From Candidatus Omnitrophota bacterium (lineage in GTDB: Bacteria > Omnitrophota > Omnitrophia > Omnitrophales > Omnitrophaceae), in the NCBI GenBank assembly GCA_029561555.1, contig JAKQXH010000044.1:9691-73690 (forward strand): 64,000 bases of DNA, written 5' to 3'. Below, piece after piece: positions 57,009 to 64,000 of this stretch. The first letter of the stretch is position 1. Every line of letters begins with the position of its first letter. The notes beneath the pieces were generated by a model. That model was not told the DNA's origin. It saw only the letters and a program-made list of their open reading frames with translations, and made no database searches. The position numbers and the translations under genes are program-made.

Positions 57009-57905
57009 ATGATCAGACGGTTTGTTCTAGCCAGTATTTTTCTCGCGTTGGCGTATCTTGCGTTTCTTTCGTTCCGTCTATGGTTTGAGACGGTCGAACG
57101 GAAGGAAGGCGTGAGTCTGAAAAGCGAGGAGATTGAGCACCATAAGGTGTACAGTTTTTCTTTTTCCAAATACACGACGACGGGAAAGAAAGAACTCGAG
57201 ATCGAAGGGGACAGCGCGAATATTTTGGCGAAGACCGTTGCGTTGAGTAACGTGATTGCCAAGGCCTATGCGAACGACACTCCCGTAACCGTTACCGCGG
57301 ACGAGGGAATGTTCGATAAATCTTCCAATACGGTTCATTTGCAGAAAAATGTGATCGCGACGACTCAGGAGGGCGCGCGGCTTCTTTCTCCGTCCCTCAA
57401 TATTCACCCGACCGAGAAATCTCTGGATACCGCGGATCAGGTGACCGTAAGAAAAGACAATATCGACGTGCAAGGGACCGGCGCGTCGGGCGATTCTCAG
57501 CTCAAGACCGTGAAATTTCACAAAAATGTCACCGTGGTAATTCAGAATACCGATCCGAAAAGTTCCGTGCCGACCGTGATCACTTGCGACGGGCCCCTGA
57601 ATATCGATTACACCAACCACATTGCGTATTTCAATAAAAACGTGGTGACGACGGATCATCGGGGGAAACTGACGGCCGATAAGATGGATGTCTATTACGA
57701 TCAGGCTTCGAAACAAATCGATCATATCGTTGCAACGGGAAACGTAGTGATCATGACACCGGAAGGAAACGCGACCTACAGCGACGAAGTCGTCTATTAC
57801 GCGAAAGAAGGCCGGGTGGTCATCGGCGGCGGGACCGAAGCGGTTTATTTTCCCGGGAGCGAAAACGGGACCGAGACTCCCGCGTTTTTAAGCGAGAAGA
57901 AATAG
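57009..57905 (+). CDS. lptC: LPS export protein, LptC fused to an LptA/OstA-like domain
   Basis: N-terminal TM, a LptC-like beta-jellyroll (TADEGMFD...VHLQKNV), then a second jellyroll (TVITCDG...AYFNKNV...LTADKMDVYY...IVATGNVVI); directly upstream of lptB. Confidence 0.75.
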   Translation: MIRRFVLASIFLALAYLAFLSFRLWFETVERKEGVSLKSEEIEHHKVYSFSFSKYTTTGKKELEIEGDSANILAKTVALSNVIAKAYANDTPVTVTADEGMFDKSSNTVHLQKNVIATTQEGARLLSPSLNIHPTEKSLDTADQVTVRKDNIDVQGTGASGDSQLKTVKFHKNVTVVIQNTDPKSSVPTVITCDGPLNIDYTNHIAYFNKNVVTTDHRGKLTADKMDVYYDQASKQIDHIVATGNVVIMTPEGNATYSDEVVYYAKEGRVVIGGGTEAVYFPGSENGTETPAFLSEKK

Positions 57906-57916
57906 AGGAGAAAATC

Positions 57917-58642
57917 TTGGAACTTTTAGAGACCGTGGACCTTGTCAAATCCTATCATGGGCGTTGCGTCGTCAACCGTGTGTCGATTCAAATCGGGCAG
58001 GGAGAGATTGTGGGGCTTTTGGGGCCGAATGGGGCCGGTAAGACGACGACGTTCCATATGATTGTCGGGGTTATTCATCCCGAGCAGGGACAGATCTTAT
58101 TCCGCGGGGAGGATATTACTCAGCTTCCGATTTACAAACGGGCTCGCCTGGGGATCGGATATCTTGCGCAGGAGCCTTCGATTTTTAGAAAGCTGACCGT
58201 CGAAGAAAATATTATGGCGATTCTTGAAACGTTAGATATTTCCCAGGAGGAACGCGAAAAACGACTAAAAAAACTTCTGAACGATTTGGATATCGCCTAT
58301 CTCGCTAAAAGCAAAGCGTATACGCTTTCCGGAGGGGAGCGGAGGCGGCTTGAAATCACAAGAGCCCTGGTTACCAACCCGTCGTTGATTTTGCTGGACG
58401 AACCGTTCAGCGGCGTGGATCCGATCGCGGTCTTTGAAGTCCAAAAAATTCTGGGGAGATTAAAATCTCAGGGACTGAGTATTTTGCTTACGGATCACAG
58501 CGTGAGAGAAACTCTGGCGATCACGGATCGATCTTACATTATCTATGAAGGAAAAGTGGAAGTCTCGGGGACTTCGCAATTTTTATCGACGGATAAGAAG
58601 GCCCGCGAGATTTACTTGGGAGAAAGGTTTTCGCTAGCGTAA
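57917..58642 (+). CDS. lptB: LPS export ABC transporter ATPase
   Basis: GPNGAGKTT, YLAQEPSIFRKL, LSGGERRR, LLDEPFSGVDP, TDHSVRE. Confidence 0.96.
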   Translation: MELLETVDLVKSYHGRCVVNRVSIQIGQGEIVGLLGPNGAGKTTTFHMIVGVIHPEQGQILFRGEDITQLPIYKRARLGIGYLAQEPSIFRKLTVEENIMAILETLDISQEEREKRLKKLLNDLDIAYLAKSKAYTLSGGERRRLEITRALVTNPSLILLDEPFSGVDPIAVFEVQKILGRLKSQGLSILLTDHSVRETLAITDRSYIIYEGKVEVSGTSQFLSTDKKAREIYLGERFSLA

Positions 58643-58678
58643 GGCGGGGCTTAAAAAAATCAATAAGGAGGAACGGCT

Positions 58679-59239
58679 TTGGAAATTCGGATTATCGGGA
58701 AACACATGGAAGTGACGGACCGTATGCGGGAGCATATGGAGGAGAAGCTTGAGAAACTCGCAAAGTACCTTTACAAAGTTGTGGAAGTGCAAATCGTCTT
58801 GAAGAGGGAAAAATATCTTTGTATCGTGGAAATCACGGTTTTGGGGAAAGGCCTTCGGATTTACAGCGAGGCGCGGAGCGAGGATAATTTCTTTACGGCC
58901 TTTGATATGGTTCAGGAAAAAGTTCTGGCCCAGTTGAAGAAGAGGAGAGAAAAACTCAAGGATCATAAATGCCGGGGAAGAGAAAAGAGAAATGCCCGGG
59001 AAGAAGGGTTGTTTGAGTCTCTGTTGACGGCGGGAACCGAGCCGGAAGCAAAGGGGAGGGGGAAGATCCTCAAAGACCGGGACGCTTCTGAGTTAAAACC
59101 GATGTCGGCGGAAGAGGCAAGGGCTTTGCTTGAGGCTTCCGAAAAGAATTTTGTTGTTTTTCGGAATTTTAAAACGCTGAAATTAAATGTAATTTACCGT
59201 CGAACGGACGGCAACTTTGGCTTAATCGAACCGGAATAG
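58679..59239 (+). CDS. hpf: Ribosome hibernation promoting factor (long HPF)
   Basis: IIGKHMEVT...KLEKL N-domain; C-domain KPMSAEEA...F.VFRN....NVIYRRTDGNFGLIEP. Confidence 0.9.
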   Translation: MEIRIIGKHMEVTDRMREHMEEKLEKLAKYLYKVVEVQIVLKREKYLCIVEITVLGKGLRIYSEARSEDNFFTAFDMVQEKVLAQLKKRREKLKDHKCRGREKRNAREEGLFESLLTAGTEPEAKGRGKILKDRDASELKPMSAEEARALLEASEKNFVVFRNFKTLKLNVIYRRTDGNFGLIEPE

Positions 59240-59266
59240 GAATAATAGGAGTGGGAAGGAGCGAAT

Positions 59267-59731
59267 ATGAAGATCACGGATATTCTGAGTAAACAGGCGA
59301 TTAAAATCGGGCTGGACGCTTCCAATAAGGAAGAGGCCCTGAAAGAGCTCGTCGATGTCTTGACGACGGTCAAAGATGTGGGGGACAAGAAAGCGATCGT
59401 GAAAGCGCTGATCGAACGGGAAAACCTGGGTTCGACGGGGATCGGACAGGGGATCGCAATTCCGCACGGGAAGACCGATCGGGTGAATGAATTGATCGCG
59501 GTTTTGGGGATCAGCAAAAAAGGGGTCAATTTCGAGGCTCTGGACGGAGAGCCGGTTTTTATTTTCTTTCTGCTGGTCGCGCCCAGGGATTCTGCGGGAC
59601 CTCACCTGAAGGCCCTTGCCAAGATTTCCCGTCTTTTGAGAGACAATTACATCTGCGAACTCCTCCGGAATTCAAAAGACGAAAAAGAGGCATATGACAT
59701 TATCCGGAACGAAGAAGAAAAACGGCATTAA
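59267..59731 (+). CDS. ptsN: PTS IIA component (Ntr/fructose type)
   Basis: RENLGSTGIGQGIAIPH, FEALDGEPV, HLKALA. Confidence 0.85.
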   Translation: MKITDILSKQAIKIGLDASNKEEALKELVDVLTTVKDVGDKKAIVKALIERENLGSTGIGQGIAIPHGKTDRVNELIAVLGISKKGVNFEALDGEPVFIFFLLVAPRDSAGPHLKALAKISRLLRDNYICELLRNSKDEKEAYDIIRNEEEKRH

Positions 59732-59764
59732 GCAATAGCCTTCCGGAAAACAAGAGGTATCGAT

Positions 59765-61054
59765 ATGCCCGAACAGAGGAAGCCTCGGTTTTTTAAATGG
59801 TTCTACCCGGGGATGGGGATCAAACGCTGGATTTCCGTCTGCACGTCAGGATTGTTTCTGATTGTTTTGGTCGCCGTTTATACAATCCGGTCTTTTTCGA
59901 AAAATAATGTTCTTTTGGCCGCTTTTTCCACGGCCCTTGTGATTTTCGGCGTTTTTCTGATCTATACCGGGATTCAGAACATGCTGAGGATTTTTGTGAA
60001 GACTCTGATGCCGGAGCGGAAGGAAGAATTGGTGGATCTGGTCTATCAGAAGAGGCAGGAGCGATTTCTGGAGCGGGGCCCCCGTGTGGTCGCAATCGGA
60101 GGGGGGACGGGACTTTCGACCCTCCTGCAGGGATTGAAAAAATACACCAAAAACATTACGGCCATTGTCACGGTGACGGATACCGGCGGGAGTTCGGGGC
60201 GTCTTCGCGACGAATTGGATATTCTGCCTCCCGGTGATATCCGGAACTGTTTGGTCGCGCTTGCCGACGCGGAACCTTTGATGCTCCAGCTTTTTCAGTA
60301 TCGATTTGAAAACGGATCGGGGTTGAAGGGGCACAGCTTCGGGAATCTTTTTATTACGGCATTATCCAAAGTGACCGGGGATTTTGATAAAGCCATTAAA
60401 GAGTCCAGCAAGGTGCTTGCGATTCGCGGGCATGTGATTCCGTCCACTTTGGAAAAAGTTTCTCTGGTCGGGGAATTTTTTGACGGGGCGGTTTTGAAAG
60501 GAGAAACGAATATCACGGGTCGGGGGATGCCGATCAAACGGGTATGGCTCGAGCCCGAGAATTGTCACGCGACGCCCGAATCACTCGACGCGATCGAAAA
60601 CGCGGACGTCATTATTTGCGGACCGGGAAGCCTTTTTACGAGCGTGCTTCCCAATCTTTTGATTTCGGAAATCCTGCAAAAGATTTTATCGTCGGAAGCC
60701 AAGAAATTTTATGTCGCGAATGTCATGACCCAACCCGGTGAGACGGACGGGTTTTCGGTTTTTGATCATTTGGAATCGTTGATCCGGCACACCGATCCGC
60801 GCCTGGTGGATACGGTTTTTGTCAACACGGATCCGGTTCCCGAGAATCTTCTGACGAAATATCAAAGTCAGAACGCATCTCAGGTGCGGATCGATATCGA
60901 GAAAATCCGGGAACGCGGATATGAAGTCGTGGAAGGCAGCATGGTTAAATTCGGAGAGCAGGTTCGGCACGATCCGGAGTTGCTCGCAAAACTAATGTTC
61001 GAAAAGTTACTGGAAATGAACGCGCAGAAAGATCGTGTGACCGTCGAAAGGTAA
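59765..61054 (+). CDS. yvcK: YvcK/UPF0052 family protein with N-terminal TMs
   Basis: KWFYPGMGIKRW, GGGTGL, GGSSGRLR, PPGDIRN, GHSFGNL, GPGSLFTS, NVMTQPGET, RHDP. Confidence 0.9.
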   Translation: MPEQRKPRFFKWFYPGMGIKRWISVCTSGLFLIVLVAVYTIRSFSKNNVLLAAFSTALVIFGVFLIYTGIQNMLRIFVKTLMPERKEELVDLVYQKRQERFLERGPRVVAIGGGTGLSTLLQGLKKYTKNITAIVTVTDTGGSSGRLRDELDILPPGDIRNCLVALADAEPLMLQLFQYRFENGSGLKGHSFGNLFITALSKVTGDFDKAIKESSKVLAIRGHVIPSTLEKVSLVGEFFDGAVLKGETNITGRGMPIKRVWLEPENCHATPESLDAIENADVIICGPGSLFTSVLPNLLISEILQKILSSEAKKFYVANVMTQPGETDGFSVFDHLESLIRHTDPRLVDTVFVNTDPVPENLLTKYQSQNASQVRIDIEKIRERGYEVVEGSMVKFGEQVRHDPELLAKLMFEKLLEMNAQKDRVTVER

Positions 61055-61067
61055 GCCGTACAAAAAT

Positions 61068-61367
61068 ATGAGACAGGATAAAAATCCGCAGCAGGACGGG
61101 GCGCTGCACCAGAAAAAGATTACGGTGACGAATAAACTCGGGCTTCATGCGCGTCCGGCGGCGATGTTCGTGGAATTGGCTAAGAAATTCGAAAGCCTGA
61201 TCACGATACGCAAGGGCCGGCAGAAGGTGGACGGAAAATCAATCATGGGCCTGATGACGCTTGCGGCCGGGCCCGGTACGGAGATTACCCTAATGGCCGA
61301 GGGGCATGACGCCAAAGAGGCGATTCAGGGGCTCGGGAAATTATTTGAAACGAATTTCGGAGAATAA
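61068..61367 (+). CDS. ptsH: Phosphocarrier protein HPr
   Basis: NKLGLHARPA (His site), DGKSIMGLMTL (Ser site). Confidence 0.95.
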   Translation: MRQDKNPQQDGALHQKKITVTNKLGLHARPAAMFVELAKKFESLITIRKGRQKVDGKSIMGLMTLAAGPGTEITLMAEGHDAKEAIQGLGKLFETNFGE

Positions 61368-61370
61368 GAC

Positions 61371-63116
61371 ATGATTTCAATTCAGGGGATCCCGGTGTCG
61401 CCGGGAATCGCAATCGGCAAGGCTCTGGTCCTTCATCGGGAGGATTTGGTAGTTCCCAACCGGTTGATCGGCGATGAGCAGATCCCTCAGGAGATTGCCA
61501 AATTTGAAGACGGGTTGACGAAAACCCGCGCGGAAATTTTGGGCATTCGCCGCAAGATCTCCCAGGAGCTCGGACGGGAGCATTCCGATATTTTTAACGC
61601 GCACCTTTTGATTCTCGAAGACCGCACGCTGATCGAGGATGTGATCCTGAAAGTGAAAGAAGATAAGGTCAACACGGAATACGCCTTCAGCCAAGTGATT
61701 CAAAGATATTTTCAGGCGTTTTCGAAGATCGATGACGAATACCTCCGCGAAAGAATCGCTGATATCAAGGACATCAGCCGGCGAATCCTGCAGAATCTGA
61801 TGGGAGAGACGCGCGACATCCTTGGGAAGCTAAAAGAGCCCGTGATTGTGATCGCCCACGATCTTTCTCCTTCGGATACAGCCGTGATGGCCCGGGACAA
61901 AGTTCTCGGATTTGCCACCGACGTCGGCGGGCCGACGTCTCATACGGCGATCATGGCGCGTTCCCTTGAAATTCCGGCGATCGTGGGGTTGGACCGGATC
62001 AGCAAGGATGTGGTCCCCGGCGATGTGGTGATCTTGGACGGGAATCACGGCTTGATCGTCGTCAATCCGGATCCGGAAACGATCGAACGGTATCGGTTGG
62101 ATGAGAAGAAATTCATTGAAATCAACCGGGAATTATCGAAGCTCAAAGATTTCAAAGCCGAAACGCTGGACGGTCATGCGGTCAAATTAGTCGCCAATAT
62201 CGAATTCCCGACGGAAATTCCTTCGGTCCTGGCGCACGGGGCGGACGGAATCGGCCTGTACCGGACGGAATATTTTTACTTGAACCGGAATGACCTCCCT
62301 TCGGAAGAGGAGCAATTCGAAGCCTACAAATCGGTCGCCGAACGCATGAATCCTTATCCGGTCGTCGTTCGCACGTTGGATTTGGGGGGAGATAAATTCC
62401 TCTCTTCGCTTGAGCTTCCGTATGAAATGAATCCTTTTCTGGGATGGCGCGCGATCCGTTTTTGTCTGACGCGCGTGGACATTTTTAAAACTCAAATGAG
62501 GGCCATCCTCCGGGCGTCCAAGTACGGAAATCTCAAAATCATGTATCCCCTGATTGCGAACGTGCAGGAGTTGCGGCAGGCGAATCAACTTTTGGAGGAA
62601 TGCCGCCAGGAACTTCGCTCGGACGGGACGGCTTTTGACGAAAAGATGGAAGTGGGGGTGATGATCGAAATCCCTTCCGCGGCCCTGACCAGCGACATCC
62701 TTGCCAAGGAAGTGGATTTCTTCTCGATCGGTACGAATGATCTGATTCAATATTCTCTCGCGATTGACCGCGTGAATGAAAAAATCGCCTATCTATACGA
62801 GCCAACGCATCCGGCCATTCTTAAACTAATCAAAACGGTGGTTCAGAACGGTCATGCCAACGGAATTTGGGTCGGGACCTGCGGGGAAATGAGCGGGGAT
62901 CCCATTCTGGCGATTCTTCTGGTGGGATTGGGGATTGACGGGATCAGCACCAGTCCTTTAATCCTTCCGAAAGTCAAAAAAGCGATTCGGGCTGTGACGT
63001 ACGAACAGGCCAAAGAATTAGCCGAAACGGCATTTCGGTTCTCCACAGGGGAAGAAATCCGGCACTTTCTGGACGAGAGAATCCGGGAAGCCGTTCCCGA
63101 GCTGATCGAAGAATAA
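61371..63116 (+). CDS. ptsI: PEP-protein phosphotransferase, PTS enzyme I
   Basis: GGPTSHTAIMAR, GLYRTE, RTLDLGGDK, NPFLGWRAIR, SIGTNDL, CGEM. Confidence 0.96.
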   Translation: MISIQGIPVSPGIAIGKALVLHREDLVVPNRLIGDEQIPQEIAKFEDGLTKTRAEILGIRRKISQELGREHSDIFNAHLLILEDRTLIEDVILKVKEDKVNTEYAFSQVIQRYFQAFSKIDDEYLRERIADIKDISRRILQNLMGETRDILGKLKEPVIVIAHDLSPSDTAVMARDKVLGFATDVGGPTSHTAIMARSLEIPAIVGLDRISKDVVPGDVVILDGNHGLIVVNPDPETIERYRLDEKKFIEINRELSKLKDFKAETLDGHAVKLVANIEFPTEIPSVLAHGADGIGLYRTEYFYLNRNDLPSEEEQFEAYKSVAERMNPYPVVVRTLDLGGDKFLSSLELPYEMNPFLGWRAIRFCLTRVDIFKTQMRAILRASKYGNLKIMYPLIANVQELRQANQLLEECRQELRSDGTAFDEKMEVGVMIEIPSAALTSDILAKEVDFFSIGTNDLIQYSLAIDRVNEKIAYLYEPTHPAILKLIKTVVQNGHANGIWVGTCGEMSGDPILAILLVGLGIDGISTSPLILPKVKKAIRAVTYEQAKELAETAFRFSTGEEIRHFLDERIREAVPELIEE

Positions 63117-63237
63117 GAAGAATTGTTGTCCTCCCTTCGGGTGAGCGCAAAAAAAACATGCGGGGCAAGGCCGGTATTGATTCGGAACGTTGCATCCGAG
63201 TCTTCGAAAATATTTTGGGATAAAACGGCGAACGGGA

Positions 63238-64000
63238 ATGAAAAACAAAAAGCGAATTGCCGAAAATTCCGGGAAAATGCTGAAACTGCTGGAAGCGTTT
63301 CCGTCCCAGCTTCTTGACGCGTATCGCATCGGGGTCTCCTTCCGGGGGCTTTCGCGCATGCCGTCACTGAAAACGATCGTTTTTTCGGGTGTCGGAGGGT
63401 CGGCTATCGGAGCCGATGTGGTCAAGGATCTTCTGCGGAACCGTTCGAAAGTTCCGGTTTCCGTCAGCCGCAGCTACCGGCTTCCCGCGTTTGTGGATTC
63501 CGGGACGTTGCTGGTCGTGAGCAGCTACTCCGGAAATACCGAAGAGACGCTTCATGCATACGAGGAAGGACGGCGGAGGAGGGCGAAAATAATCGCCGTG
63601 AGTTCGGGCGGGAAACTTGAGGTTTTGGCTTCGCGCTTCGGTACGCCGCAGATCAAGTTACCCTGCGGGATCCCGCCCCGGATGACCATCGGATATTCCG
63701 TCATCCCGATTTTGCTGATTTTGGACCGTTTGGGGGTGGCGTCTTTGTTACGGAAAGATTTTAACGAAACAGTCGGCGTTTTGGAGAAACAGCGAAACGA
63801 GCTGGCGACCGGCATTTCAAGCCGGAATGAAGCGGTTTCTTTGGCCGAAAAGCTTCAGGGGAAGGTCCCCGTGATTTACGCTTCCGATCATTTGGAGGCC
63901 GTATGCCTCCGATGGCGGGGGCAAATTGAGGAGAATGCGGAGGCGCTGGCGGCGCATCATTTGATTCCCGAGATGAATCACAATGAAATCGCGGGATGGG
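63238..64000 (+). CDS. Bifunctional phosphoglucose/phosphomannose isomerase (3'-truncated by the window; absent from the ORF track)
   Basis: Hand translation from ATG 63238: MKNKKR...FPSQL...SGVGGSAIG...SSYSGNTEET...SSGGKL...PPR...WRGQIEENA...PEMNHNEIAGW, open to the window end. Confidence 0.9.
   Translation, partial: MKNKKRIAENSGKMLKLLEAFPSQLLDAYRIGVSFRGLSRMPSLKTIVFSGVGGSAIGADVVKDLLRNRSKVPVSVSRSYRLPAFVDSGTLLVVSSYSGNTEETLHAYEEGRRRRAKIIAVSSGGKLEVLASRFGTPQIKLPCGIPPRMTIGYSVIPILLILDRLGVASLLRKDFNETVGVLEKQRNELATGISSRNEAVSLAEKLQGKVPVIYASDHLEAVCLRWRGQIEENAEALAAHHLIPEMNHNEIAGW

Noticed and set aside
63117-63237. Small ORF (63123-63317) or terminator after ptsI
   Set aside because: The ORF overlaps the pgi/pmi start in another frame and has no motif. 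The CC-TTCG-GG hairpin is imperfect and is followed by A's rather than T's on the + strand.

Overview
Bacterial, Gram-negative-type window. The gene order at the right end and a very large ORF at the left edge are reminiscent of Candidatus Omnitrophota; this is inference and was not verified. The window has three parts. (1) 1-3561: the C-terminal part of a large unknown protein whose reading frame is open to the window edge. (2) ~3.6-48.6 kb: a ~45 kb cell-surface glycan biosynthesis and tailoring locus with 13 radical SAM genes (8 with a cobalamin-binding domain, one of them frameshifted; 4 SPASM/twitch-type; 1 methylthiotransferase-like). It also holds 4 large GT-C/YfhO-like membrane proteins, 4 GT2s, GT47- and GT77-like transferases, a GDP-heptose pathway (HddA, HddC, Cj1427-like C4 dehydrogenase, His-type ColD-like dehydratase, Fcl-like reductase, ThDP E1 alpha/beta pair) and an L-2-hydroxyglutarate oxidase. 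(3) 48.8-64 kb: housekeeping genes hom-thrC-apgM-like, pyrG-kdsA-kdsD-lpxL-lptC/A-lptB-hpf-ptsN-yvcK-ptsH-ptsI and pgi/pmi. Best leads: the radical-SAM-dense glycan-tailoring system; a plausible 2-oxoglutarate/L-2-hydroxyglutarate redox loop linking the Cj1427-like enzyme to LhgO; a 105-nt two-hairpin element flanked by 56-bp direct repeats of a gene 3' end; and an ApgM homolog that has lost nearly all its catalytic residues. All family assignments come from motif recognition by eye; no database searches were run.
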